A stretch of 64,000 bases of DNA from an uncultured Eubacteriales bacterium (GTDB taxonomy: Bacteria > Acidobacteriota > Aminicenantia > Aminicenantales > Aminicenantaceae). A program made the translations under genes and the position numbers. A model generated the notes under the pieces. The model ran no database searches. It worked only from the letters and a program-made list of their open reading frames with translations, and was not told the origin of the DNA. Below, piece by piece: positions 37,310 through 47,239 of this stretch. The stretch covers positions 2,644-66,643 of the forward strand of contig CAZYBE010000007.1 of NCBI GenBank assembly GCA_964645765.1, in the 5' to 3' direction. Numbering within the stretch: the first letter of the stretch is position 1; the number at the start of each line of letters is the position of its first letter.

Positions 37310-38478
37310 TAAATATGAACAAGCCTAAAAAACAGAAAAACGGGTTTACTATAGTGGAACTTTTAGCGGGGAGCGTCATCATGCTGGCCATCATCCTGAT
37401 GACTCTGACTCTTTATTCAAGGAGCAACAAGTTATCGGTTGACCAGCAGCAGCTTTCCGATGTTCAGCATGAGATTCGTTTTGCCATGTATTATATTTCT
37501 AGGGATATCAAGAACGCGGGAGCCGGCTTGCCCGACCAGTTTGCCGGGTATTTTCTTCAGGGAGTCAACAATGACGAGAATCAGATAAGCGGCGATCCCG
37601 ATAAGCCTGGCTATCAGTTTCAACCCGACAAGTTGACGATACTCGGGAACTCAGACCCATTAAGGCTTCTCATCCAGAGCTACAATCCAGGCTCAGGGCT
37701 TGTTCAACTGGAGGCAGCCCAATTGAGCCTCTATCCTTATAACGCCCACTCCTACCCGACTGACGCTCTTGGCTATATCAACAGACTCATCCTCATTCTT
37801 CCCAACCCGGAGTTGAACACCCTAAACGGGGAGCTGGGCCAAATCACGAACGTCGATTTCGGCACAAACCAGGTCTCATTCAATCGAATCGATGTGCCTC
37901 TGCCCAATAACTTGCAGCCAGGCGGAAATTCAGACGCCTACAATAAGGGCACTGTGAATTTTATCGAGCTCAGAACATACTGGCTGGATATCAACGGCAG
38001 TACCACCGGTCTTGTTGCCGGACAGGATGGCTATCTTGGAGTGCCCGGTGTTTTCTATCTCTCCCAGTATAATACCCTGACCAACGGCTTTGAGCACATG
38101 GCTCTGGCTCAGGGGGTTGAGGATTTCCAGGTTCAGTACCTTGGCGACCTCGACCATGACGGGAATCTGGACGACAATAACACCGATGGAGTCATCAATA
38201 ATCAAGACTACCAGAACTGGGATGAGACCAACTGGACAAATAACCCTGGAGTGGTCTCTGGAATTCGCAGCTTAAGATTCTGGGTTCTGGGAAAAACAGA
38301 GAGAGCCTTTACCAGCATTTCAGGGCTCACTCCGGACCAGATGAGGAATGTCTTCGGCAAGCCGAGCTTGGCTGATTCCCCTGCCGGGTCTCAAGCAGAC
38401 AAGCACCGAAGGTTTCTGCTGGAGTCAACAGTCAACATAAGGAATATGTCTTTGAGCCTCTACAATCTGGGAAGATAA
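37306..38478 (+). CDS. pilW: PilW-like minor pilin
   Basis: 390 aa. Prepilin motif NG|FTIVELLAGSVIM. Size and position fit PilW. Confidence 0.65.
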   Translation: MINMNKPKKQKNGFTIVELLAGSVIMLAIILMTLTLYSRSNKLSVDQQQLSDVQHEIRFAMYYISRDIKNAGAGLPDQFAGYFLQGVNNDENQISGDPDKPGYQFQPDKLTILGNSDPLRLLIQSYNPGSGLVQLEAAQLSLYPYNAHSYPTDALGYINRLILILPNPELNTLNGELGQITNVDFGTNQVSFNRIDVPLPNNLQPGGNSDAYNKGTVNFIELRTYWLDINGSTTGLVAGQDGYLGVPGVFYLSQYNTLTNGFEHMALAQGVEDFQVQYLGDLDHDGNLDDNNTDGVINNQDYQNWDETNWTNNPGVVSGIRSLRFWVLGKTERAFTSISGLTPDQMRNVFGKPSLADSPAGSQADKHRRFLLESTVNIRNMSLSLYNLGR

Positions 38479-38482
38479 GGAG

Positions 38483-39076
38483 TTGGCGATGAGAAAAAAG
38501 ATGGGATTCGATGGAAAAAAGGAGAAGGGGTCGGCTCTGGTCGTTGTGCTCCTTGTTCTTGCCTTTTTACAGATTGTCGGAATTGTGCTTTTAACGGTGA
38601 CGAGCAGTGGACCGAAAGTCGCTGAGAACGTGCGGGCACAGCAGCAGGCATCCAATGCGGCTGAGGCAGGTTTTGATGCTGTCTGGGCAAGCATTGAGGA
38701 GCTTTTTGCCCTGGGCACATGGGTCAACTTTGACGGACATTATTTCGTTGAGCCGACAGGCATCGACAATCCTCAGTCGAGCAATTACTTCAGAAAGTTA
38801 ACCGATGCAGAAATTTTGAGCCTGATCGACCCTGACGGAGACAAGAATCCTAATTTAAACAATGTCTATTGCTTTCGCCAGTCTTTCATTCAAAAGACTG
38901 ACGGCTCAGCGGATACCCGATTTTCCTTCACTGCCTTTTTTATCGATGACGAGGCCGGAGGCGGTGTGTCCGAGCCTGAGGATGCTCTTCTAGTCTGCAT
39001 CGGGGTTGTCGAGATGGGGAAAAACATCACAACGACAAGGATTGAAGTTGAGGTTGTCCTTGAATCAGGGACATGA
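38483..39076 (+). CDS. pilX: PilX-like minor pilin
   Basis: 197 aa. N-terminal hydrophobic helix (GSALVVVLLVLAFLQIVGIVLL). Position between pilW and pilY1. Confidence 0.5.
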   Translation: MAMRKKMGFDGKKEKGSALVVVLLVLAFLQIVGIVLLTVTSSGPKVAENVRAQQQASNAAEAGFDAVWASIEELFALGTWVNFDGHYFVEPTGIDNPQSSNYFRKLTDAEILSLIDPDGDKNPNLNNVYCFRQSFIQKTDGSADTRFSFTAFFIDDEAGGGVSEPEDALLVCIGVVEMGKNITTTRIEVEVVLESGT

Positions 39077-39098
39077 GCTATAGATAAAGAGGTGAAAG

Positions 39099-42000
39099 AT
39101 GAGTAAAAAAACAAAAACTTTTATGCTGTCCATTCCTTTAATTATAATTCTCTTCATCGCTATCTGCGTCTTCAGCCCGAGATTCTGGGCTCAAGAGACG
39201 TGCACTGAATACACCTCCACCTTCACCGAGGATTTTCACAACGACGCCTACAAGGACAAAACATACTCCTCTGTATCCTTCTGGCCGCCCGGACCAGTGA
39301 CTCTTGGCTGGCTTGGCGGACAATTAGCAATCTCCCAGCCGGCGGGGATGGGAGCCAAGATTCTGGTCTGTGATAGCGGTGACTTTACCGGCGACGGCTT
39401 GCCTGATTTAATAGGCTATGATATCAGCTTGCATACCGAATTGGACAAAACGAAAGGAAGATTAGTCCTTGTCAGGAATAAATTTGTGGATGCTAATAAA
39501 GATGGAGCCGACGATGATGGAGTCATTTTTCAAATCGATACAACAAAAATTTTCGACACGAATATAACAGGCGAGGTCGCTTCCATTACTGTCGGAGATT
39601 ATAACGGCGACGGACTTCTCGATTTTTTCTTTTGCATCAACAATCGAGACGATGCCGTTTTTAGTAGTACTTTTCGTGCTGTCATGTATATTAATTACGG
39701 GTCGGCTACTGACCCGAAATTCAAAGTGTACACCCAATCCCCCAACCTTAATTTCACAACGAAGTTCAAGAATGCCTTTATCTATATCCGCTGGTTGGGT
39801 GACCATATGTCTTCTGTGGACATCGACAAGGACGGAGATAAAGACATCCTCTTTGTCAGCCAGGATAAAATCTTTGTGGTCAGAAACCCGGGTAAAAGTA
39901 ATTGGAGCCTCAACAATTTTACAATCTCTGAGCTCAGTTATAACCAGCGTCCGGGCTTTCCCACCGGCGCACTCATGGGCGGTTCGGCCATCGAAGCCGC
40001 TGACTTCGACCGTGACGGAAACCTGGACGTCGTGGTCGGCTCAGTCGAGTGGGTTGACCATCTTGTTTATTATTCGAATGACGGCACAGGAAACTTTACC
40101 CGCTATGTCATTCCCATTACCGACAGCAGCTGTATCGGCACGACCGGCATTACTGCTGGAGACTTCAATAACGACGGCCTAATGGACCTCATGTGCTCGA
40201 ACGACCAATGGCGCACTCTCAATCTGGCCAGGCTTTACATGTACAAGAATAAAGGGAATATTGGAGGAGGCGGCATTCCTGTCAATTTCGAGTTTAAGTG
40301 CTGGAACGACTGTAACCCGATCAATCCCCCCATATACGATGATGACGTTATCGTTGCCGTTGATGTTGACAGTGACGGTGATATGGACATAATCACCGCA
40401 GATGCCAACGACTCTGGCAACTATTTCATGTTCACCAACGGATTATCTAACGTTTACACCCTGTTTGGCGAAGCCCGCTCGACCAACATCAGGGCCGGAC
40501 TGGATGAGAATCTCTATGCCGTGACCAAGGCCAAGATTAAAAACCTTCGCCAGGGAATCAAGGGGGGGTCTAGTTCCGGGCTTAAGATCACCTTCTACCT
40601 GTCGAATAACGGCTTGGATTGGGAGCTTTTCGCCACTTACGAAGGCTCTAATATCCATGATTACTCAGACCTTCCCGTCCACAAATTCGAGCACTTCGGC
40701 TCGAAGCTTTTCTGGAAGGCGGTGATGAGCGCTCCCGAAGACCCGATGTCAGACTTCGACAGTGCTTCCTATGATTCCCCTTGCATTTCCTCGATTGAGT
40801 TTGAGTGTATTCATGTCGAGCGGAAAGAGTATTCTCGGACATCAGCGGCGGCAACATATGTCGATTATAGAGGAAGCACCAGGAACTGTGTCATCGGCAG
40901 CTCATTCTACTACCCTGGCTGGCAGGGTCATTTAAGGGCCTACGATGTCTCCGCGATGACTCCTGAGAATTCGCCGTATTCTGTGCTGCGGACGGTCACC
41001 CAGTCAAACTTCTCTTCTCCGACAGGGAGAGAGATCCTGGTCGAGGGAGTTGAGATTCTATGGGATGCCGGGCAGCTTTTGAATCTCCGCTCGGCTGACG
41101 ATAGAAAAATCTACACCGCTATTCCTTCAGGGGAAAGATTGACGAGAGTCGATTTCACTGAGAGCTATGTCGATACTTTAGGGCCGATCATAAAGGATGT
41201 GAACAACGATAATGCGGCGCTGATCAACTTTGTCCGGGGCGCAGGCCGCAACTGGAAGTTGGGGGACAGCAACCACTCCACTCCGGTGGTCGTCGGCCCT
41301 CCGGAAGAGAATGCTTCGATGATGGGGAGCGGATACCAGAAGTTCAAGGATGACTTGAAGGAGCGGCACAAAGTCCTTTACCTCGGCGCCAACGACGGAA
41401 TGCTTCACTGCTTTGATATCGTCACTGGTGAAGAATTGTGGGCCTTCATACCCTACAACCTGCTGCCCAAATTGAGGAACATGTGCGACATTATTCCCGA
41501 TACTGGAGAGAGAACGTACATCAGGGATACTTATGTCGACGGCAGCCCGACTGCTGCCGATGTTTATGTCGACGCCACTGGAGACGGTATAAAAGAATGG
41601 ATTACTATTCTTGTCTGCGGTCAAGCTCAGGGTAAAGGAAGCACACTTGGCGGTGGATTGAACTATTATTTTGCTCTTGATGTCACCGACCCCAATATCC
41701 CCAAGCCTCTCTGGGAGTTTAAAGATAGCGCGATGGGTGAGACCTGGTCAGTTCCAGAGATCGGCAAAGTCCTCAAGGGAGGCAACATCACCTGGGCGGG
41801 CTTTGTCGGCTCAGGCTACGATAACGACAGCGACCATGTTGTCGGCAATCGATTCTATGTTGTTGACCTGGAGACCGGCAGCTCCTTCTGGAGTTTTACC
41901 GATTCTGGAGTCGATACCAGGACAAAACACGGCTTCACCTGGGATATTCAGAATGCCTTTGTGAGCTCTCCCTCCATAATGGACGTTGACCAGGATGGCC

Positions 42001-42716
42001 GTGTCGACCGCGTCTATTTTGCCGACCTTGACGGCCGAGTCTGGAGAGCAAATGTGAGCGCAGATTTTCAAAACGAAAGCTCCTGGTCGGCAACAAAAAT
42101 CTATGAAGATGCAAAGAATTTCCCGATTTCGAGCAAGCCTGCGGCCTTGATGAAATCCGGCGGATATCCCAGGATTTATTTCGGGACAGGCGGGGATGAT
42201 ACGGCTCCGAGCGATGTCAAATATTCCTTTGTCGCCCTTATCGATAAGGCGACTCCTGAAGTGGAGTGGTATCTCGGCGACCCGCTGCTCCTCAATCTTC
42301 CTGTCAGCAAACGTTCGGGCGTTTTAGACGCTGGCGAGAAAGTGTGGGGTGACCCGGTTATAGCCAATTCCGTCTGCTATTTCAACACCTTGAAAGGAAA
42401 CATAGAGAGCGTGGACCCCTGCGAAAACATCATCGGAGTCGGGAAACTTTACGCCAGGTATGTCGAGTCAATCGCAGGAGCGATTTTCGGAGCAACCGCT
42501 CTCAAAATTGAAACAGGGCCTACTGAGTCTCTTCAGCTTGAGATCAAAACCAGGGCTGCTGTGACTCTGGGTGAAAGGCAGACAACAGGGAGCGGGGTCA
42601 GGAAGAGGGCAGTCTACATTCAAGAATACAATTCGACCATCCAGAAGATGGAGCAGGCGGTCCTTTCTTCATTGAAAATCAGGTCGTGGAGAGAGATTTT
42701 CAGGATTATGAAATAA
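39099..42716 (+). CDS. pilY1: PilY1-like pilus tip adhesin, paralog 1 (N-terminal FG-GAP repeats plus C-terminal PilY1/PilC beta-propeller)
   Basis: 1205 aa with a signal peptide. Repeated FG-GAP/integrin-alpha-like motifs (TVGDYNGDGLLDFFF, ADFDRDGNLDVVVGS, AGDFNNDGLMDLMCS, DVDSDGDMDIITAD). C-terminal hallmark VLYLGANDGMLHCFDIVTGEELWAFIPYN and a Ca-binding-type loop DVDQDGRVD. Confidence 0.75.
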   Translation: MSKKTKTFMLSIPLIIILFIAICVFSPRFWAQETCTEYTSTFTEDFHNDAYKDKTYSSVSFWPPGPVTLGWLGGQLAISQPAGMGAKILVCDSGDFTGDGLPDLIGYDISLHTELDKTKGRLVLVRNKFVDANKDGADDDGVIFQIDTTKIFDTNITGEVASITVGDYNGDGLLDFFFCINNRDDAVFSSTFRAVMYINYGSATDPKFKVYTQSPNLNFTTKFKNAFIYIRWLGDHMSSVDIDKDGDKDILFVSQDKIFVVRNPGKSNWSLNNFTISELSYNQRPGFPTGALMGGSAIEAADFDRDGNLDVVVGSVEWVDHLVYYSNDGTGNFTRYVIPITDSSCIGTTGITAGDFNNDGLMDLMCSNDQWRTLNLARLYMYKNKGNIGGGGIPVNFEFKCWNDCNPINPPIYDDDVIVAVDVDSDGDMDIITADANDSGNYFMFTNGLSNVYTLFGEARSTNIRAGLDENLYAVTKAKIKNLRQGIKGGSSSGLKITFYLSNNGLDWELFATYEGSNIHDYSDLPVHKFEHFGSKLFWKAVMSAPEDPMSDFDSASYDSPCISSIEFECIHVERKEYSRTSAAATYVDYRGSTRNCVIGSSFYYPGWQGHLRAYDVSAMTPENSPYSVLRTVTQSNFSSPTGREILVEGVEILWDAGQLLNLRSADDRKIYTAIPSGERLTRVDFTESYVDTLGPIIKDVNNDNAALINFVRGAGRNWKLGDSNHSTPVVVGPPEENASMMGSGYQKFKDDLKERHKVLYLGANDGMLHCFDIVTGEELWAFIPYNLLPKLRNMCDIIPDTGERTYIRDTYVDGSPTAADVYVDATGDGIKEWITILVCGQAQGKGSTLGGGLNYYFALDVTDPNIPKPLWEFKDSAMGETWSVPEIGKVLKGGNITWAGFVGSGYDNDSDHVVGNRFYVVDLETGSSFWSFTDSGVDTRTKHGFTWDIQNAFVSSPSIMDVDQDGRVDRVYFADLDGRVWRANVSADFQNESSWSATKIYEDAKNFPISSKPAALMKSGGYPRIYFGTGGDDTAPSDVKYSFVALIDKATPEVEWYLGDPLLLNLPVSKRSGVLDAGEKVWGDPVIANSVCYFNTLKGNIESVDPCENIIGVGKLYARYVESIAGAIFGATALKIETGPTESLQLEIKTRAAVTLGERQTTGSGVRKRAVYIQEYNSTIQKMEQAVLSSLKIRSWREIFRIMK

Positions 42717-42843
42717 GAATGTCTTCTTCGTTGCCCATTCTAGGCCGTTTTTTTTGCCAAAGCAAAGAGTCGTCAAAAATCAAGATTAAAAGTCTGGGTT
42801 GTGCTTGAACGAGGGATGCGAGTTATAGTAAAAGAGGTAAAAA

Positions 42844-45800
42844 ATGAGTAAAAAAACAAAAAATTTTATCCTGTCTATTCCTTTAATTATAATCCTCTTC
42901 ATCGCTATCTCCGTCTTCGGCCCGAGATTCTGGGCTCAAGAGATGTGCACCGAATTCACGTCCCTCTTTACCGAGAATTTTCACAGCGAGGACTATAAGG
43001 ACAAAACATACTCTTCTGTATCCTTCTGGCCGCCCGGGCCAGTGACTCTCAGCTGGCTTGGCGGACAATTAAACATCTCCCAGCCGGTCGGGATGGGAGC
43101 TATGATTTATGTCTGCGATAAGGGTGACTTTGACAGCGACGGCTTGCCTGATTTGATAGGTTATGATATCAGCGCAGGCTACGCGAATGGACAATTGGTC
43201 CTTGTCAGGAATAAGTTTGTGGATGCTAACCATGACGGAATCGACGATGACGGAATCATTTTTCAAGTCGATACCTCAAAAATTTTCGAGCAGAATATAG
43301 CAGGCCAGGTCCCTTCCATTACTGTCGGAGATTATAACGGCGACGGGCTTCTCGATTTTTTCTTCTGCGTCAACAATCAAGACGTGGCAATATACGATCA
43401 ATTTCGCGCCCACATGTATATTAATACTGGAACAGCGACTAACCCGAATTTCAACACCTACACCTCAGCCCCCAACCTCGACTTCACATCAAAGTTCCAG
43501 AGCAAGCCTATTTATATCCGCTGGGCAGGTGACCATATGTGCTCTGTGGACATCGATAAGGACGGGGATACAGACATTCTCTTTATGGGCCAGAATAAGA
43601 TTTGGCTGGTAAGAAACCCGGGTCCGGGTAATTTCAGTCTTGCCAATTTTACAATCGCTGAAGTGAGCTATAACACGCGTCCGGGCTTTCCCACCTACTC
43701 ATACATGGGCGGTTCGGCCATCGATGCTGCTGACTTCGACCGTGACGGAGACCTGGACATCGTTGTCGGCTCAGTCGAGTGGGTCGACCACCTTGTTTAT
43801 TATTCGAACGACGGCACGGGAAACTTCACCCGCTATGATATTCCCATTTCCAACAGCAGCTGTATCGGCACCACTGCCATTTCTTCTGGAGACTTCGATA
43901 ACGATGGCCGAATGGACCTCATGTGCTCAAACGACAGCCACCGCACTGGGAATCTGGCCAAGATTTATATGTTCAAGAATAAAGGAAATAATGAAGGAGG
44001 CGGCATTCCTGTCAATTTCGAGTTTAAGTGCTTAAACGACTGCAACCCGATCAACCCCCCAGAAAACGATGATGACGTTCTCGTTGCCATTGATTACGAC
44101 CAAGACGGCGATATGGATGTCATCACCGCTGATGCTAACGATTCAGGCGACTATTTCATGCTCACCAACGGGTTAGCCGACGTTTACACCCTCTATGGCG
44201 AAGCCTGCTCAACCAACGTCCTGACTGGAATGGACGAGAGTCTCTATGCCGTGACCAAGGTCGGGATTAAAACCCTTCAGCAGGGAATAAGGGGAGGGAC
44301 CAGTTACGGGCTTACAATCACCTACTACCTGTCGAATAACGGGATAGATTGGGAGCTTTTCGCCACTTACGAGGGCTCTAATATCCATGACTACTCCAAC
44401 CTTCCCCCCCACACCTTCGAGCACTATGGCTCGAAGCTTTTCTGGAAGGCGGTGATGAACGCCCCTGAAGACCAGATGTCAGACTTCACCAGTGCTTCCT
44501 ATGACACTCCTTACATTTCCTCGATTCAGTTTGAATGCTTTCATGTTGAGCGGAAAGAGTATTCTCGGACGTCAGCGGCGGCAACATTTGTCAGTCATGA
44601 AGGCAGCCTCAGGACCTACATCATCGGCAGCTCATTCTACTATCCGGGCTGGCAGGGCCATTTAAGGGCCTATGATATGTCCGCGATGACTCCTGAGAAT
44701 TCGCCGTATTCTGTGCTGCGGACCATCACCCAGTCAAACTTCTCCTCTCCGACAGGGAGGAACATCCTGGTCGAAGGAGTCGAGATCGTGTGGGATGCCG
44801 GGCAGCTTTTGAGTCTCCGCTCGGCTGACGACAGAAAAATCTACACCGCTATTCCTTCAGAGACAAGATTGATAAGAGTCGATTTCACCGCGAGCAATGC
44901 CGAAACTTTAGGGCCGATAATAAAGGATGTGAACAACGATAATGCTGCGCTGATCAACTTTGTCCGGGGCGCAGGCCGCGACTGGAAGTTGGGGGACAGC
45001 AACCACTCCACTCCGGTGGTCGTCGGCCCTCCGGAAGAGAATGCTTCGATGATGGGGAGCGGATACCAGAAGTTCAAGGATGACTTGAAGGAGCGGCACA
45101 AAGTCCTTTACCTCGGCGCCAACGACGGAATGCTTCACTGCTTTGATATCGTCACTGGTGAAGAATTGTGGGCCTTCATACCCTACAACCTGCTGCCCAA
45201 ATTGAGGAACATGTGCAACATTGATCCCGATACCGGAGAGAGGACTTACACCAGGGATACCTATGTCGACGGCAGCCCGACTGCTGCCGATGTTTATATC
45301 GACGCCAATGGAGACGGTATAAAAGAATGGATTACTATTCTTGTCTGCGGTCAAGCGCAGGGTAAAGGAAGCACACTTGGCGGCGGATTGAACTATTATT
45401 TTGCTCTTGATGTCACCGACCCCAATAGCCCCCAGCCTCTCTGGGAGTTTACAGATAGCGCAATGGGAGAGACCTGGTCGGTGCCGGCTATTGGAAAAAT
45501 CGTTAAAAACGGCAGTGAGGCCTGGGTAGGCTTTATCGGCTCGGGCTATGACAATGATCCCGACAATGTTGCCGGCAATCGATTCTATGCTGTTGACCTT
45601 GAGACTGGCAGCTCCTTCTGGAGTTTTACCGATTCTGGGGTCGATACCAGGACAGAACACGGCTTCACCTGGGATATTCAGAACGCCTTTGTGGGTTCTC
45701 CTTCCACAATTGATATTGACCAGGACGGCCGTGTCGACCGGGTCTATTTTGTCGACCTTGACGGCCGAGTCTGGAGAGCGTATGTGAGTCTGAATTTTCA

Positions 45801-46446
45801 AGATGAAAGCTCCTGGCCGGTGACAAAAATCTATGAGGATGCAAAGAATTTCCCTATCTTGAGCAAGCCTGCGGTCTGGATGAAATCCGGCGGATATCCC
45901 AGGATATACTTCGGGACAGGAGGAGATGAGAGGGCTCCGGCCGATGTCAAATATTCCTTTGTCTCCCTTATCGATAAGCCGACTCCTGAAGTGGAGTGGT
46001 ATCTCGGCGACCCAGCAGTCCTTGACCTTCCTGTCAACAAAGATCTTGGCGATTTGGAGGTTGGGGAGAAAGTGTGGGTTGACCCGGTCATAGCCAATTA
46101 CATCTGCTATTTCAACACCTTGAAAGGAAATATAGAGAGCGTAGACCCCTGCGAAAATATCATCGGAATCGGGAGGCTTTATGCCAGGTATGTCGAGTCA
46201 GTCGCAGGAGCGATTTTCGGAGCAACGGCCCTGAGAACTGAAACTGGAGCTGTGGAGTCTCTTCAGCTTGAGATCAAGACCAGGGGCGCTGGGACTCTGG
46301 CTGAAAGACAGACAACAGGCACCAGCGGCAGGAAGAGGGCGGTCTATATTCAGGAATACAATTCGACCATCCAGAAGATGGAGCAGACTGTTCTTGCGAC
46401 TCTGAAAATAAAGTCCTGGAGAGAGATTTTCAGGATTATGAAATAA
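42844..46446 (+). CDS. pilY1: PilY1-like pilus tip adhesin, paralog 2 (tandem diverged duplicate)
   Basis: 1200 aa, about 80% identical to paralog 1 with the same domain order. Substitutions cluster in the N-terminal FG-GAP region and in surface loops. The RBS region is duplicated (GAGTTATAGTAAAAGAGGTAAAAAATG versus GAGCTATAGATAAAGAGGTGAAAGATG). Confidence 0.75.
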   Translation: MSKKTKNFILSIPLIIILFIAISVFGPRFWAQEMCTEFTSLFTENFHSEDYKDKTYSSVSFWPPGPVTLSWLGGQLNISQPVGMGAMIYVCDKGDFDSDGLPDLIGYDISAGYANGQLVLVRNKFVDANHDGIDDDGIIFQVDTSKIFEQNIAGQVPSITVGDYNGDGLLDFFFCVNNQDVAIYDQFRAHMYINTGTATNPNFNTYTSAPNLDFTSKFQSKPIYIRWAGDHMCSVDIDKDGDTDILFMGQNKIWLVRNPGPGNFSLANFTIAEVSYNTRPGFPTYSYMGGSAIDAADFDRDGDLDIVVGSVEWVDHLVYYSNDGTGNFTRYDIPISNSSCIGTTAISSGDFDNDGRMDLMCSNDSHRTGNLAKIYMFKNKGNNEGGGIPVNFEFKCLNDCNPINPPENDDDVLVAIDYDQDGDMDVITADANDSGDYFMLTNGLADVYTLYGEACSTNVLTGMDESLYAVTKVGIKTLQQGIRGGTSYGLTITYYLSNNGIDWELFATYEGSNIHDYSNLPPHTFEHYGSKLFWKAVMNAPEDQMSDFTSASYDTPYISSIQFECFHVERKEYSRTSAAATFVSHEGSLRTYIIGSSFYYPGWQGHLRAYDMSAMTPENSPYSVLRTITQSNFSSPTGRNILVEGVEIVWDAGQLLSLRSADDRKIYTAIPSETRLIRVDFTASNAETLGPIIKDVNNDNAALINFVRGAGRDWKLGDSNHSTPVVVGPPEENASMMGSGYQKFKDDLKERHKVLYLGANDGMLHCFDIVTGEELWAFIPYNLLPKLRNMCNIDPDTGERTYTRDTYVDGSPTAADVYIDANGDGIKEWITILVCGQAQGKGSTLGGGLNYYFALDVTDPNSPQPLWEFTDSAMGETWSVPAIGKIVKNGSEAWVGFIGSGYDNDPDNVAGNRFYAVDLETGSSFWSFTDSGVDTRTEHGFTWDIQNAFVGSPSTIDIDQDGRVDRVYFVDLDGRVWRAYVSLNFQDESSWPVTKIYEDAKNFPILSKPAVWMKSGGYPRIYFGTGGDERAPADVKYSFVSLIDKPTPEVEWYLGDPAVLDLPVNKDLGDLEVGEKVWVDPVIANYICYFNTLKGNIESVDPCENIIGIGRLYARYVESVAGAIFGATALRTETGAVESLQLEIKTRGAGTLAERQTTGTSGRKRAVYIQEYNSTIQKMEQTVLATLKIKSWREIFRIMK

Positions 46447-46462
46447 GAACAAAGAAAAGCCA

Positions 46463-47239
46463 TCAGTAAGTCAGCCCCCGGAACAGTCCGAGATAAGCCG
46501 TGATCAGCTCTTTTCCCCAGACAAGGGAGACAAAAGCCGAGGGCGCTAAAAAGGTTCCGAAGGGAAGAGAGTACTGGAAGCTTTTTTTTCTGAAGATGAT
46601 GAAGAAAACGCCGACTATCGCCCCGGCGAAAGAGGCGATAATCAGGGTTAAAAAAGCCTGCTTCCAGCCAAGATAAGCGCCTATCATCAGCATCAAAGTC
46701 ACATCGCCCATTCCCAGACCCTCTTTTTTTCTTAAGAAATAATAGGCGGCGTAGATGAAAAGCAGGAATCCCGCTCCGGCCACTGCCCCGACCAGAGCTT
46801 GAGTCAGATTTAAATCTTTGCGGAAAAAGGAGTAGATGACGGCCAGAACAAGCCCTGGCAGGGTTATCTCATCGGGCAAAACCTGGTGGCCATAATCGAT
46901 GAAGGCCAGGACGACGAGTGCGCTGGAGAAGAGGCAGGAGGCAAAGAAGAAGAAACTCAAGGAATGATGAGCATAGAGGAGAATAAAGCTCGAGGGGGTT
47001 AAGAATTCGACCAGCGGATAAGTGAAGGATATTCTTTCCCGGCAATAGCGGCACCTTCCTCGCAGGACCAGGAAAGAGATAAGGGGAATGTTGTCATAGA
47101 ACTTTATCCTCTGCCTGCAGCGAGGGCAGGAGGATGGAGGCTTGATGATGCTCATTCCCAGCGGAAGCCTGTAGATCACGACATTGAGGAAACTTCCCCA
47201 GGCAAGTCCAAACAGGATGATGAAGACTATCTCTTCCAT
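46463..47239 (-). CDS. pilD: Prepilin peptidase PilD (A24 family)
   Basis: 258 aa. N-terminal zinc-ribbon CPRCRQ..CRYC and polytopic membrane peptidase domain. Convergent with pilY1. Confidence 0.85.
   Translation of the reverse strand: MEEIVFIILFGLAWGSFLNVVIYRLPLGMSIIKPPSSCPRCRQRIKFYDNIPLISFLVLRGRCRYCRERISFTYPLVEFLTPSSFILLYAHHSLSFFFFASCLFSSALVVLAFIDYGHQVLPDEITLPGLVLAVIYSFFRKDLNLTQALVGAVAGAGFLLFIYAAYYFLRKKEGLGMGDVTLMLMIGAYLGWKQAFLTLIIASFAGAIVGVFFIIFRKKSFQYSLPFGTFLAPSAFVSLVWGKELITAYLGLFRGLTY

Noticed and set aside
44908-45801. 297-aa minus-strand ORF (and its counterpart 41178..41624)
   Set aside because: Antisense to the PilY1-like genes. It is duplicated only because the sense genes are duplicated. 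No start or RBS context.
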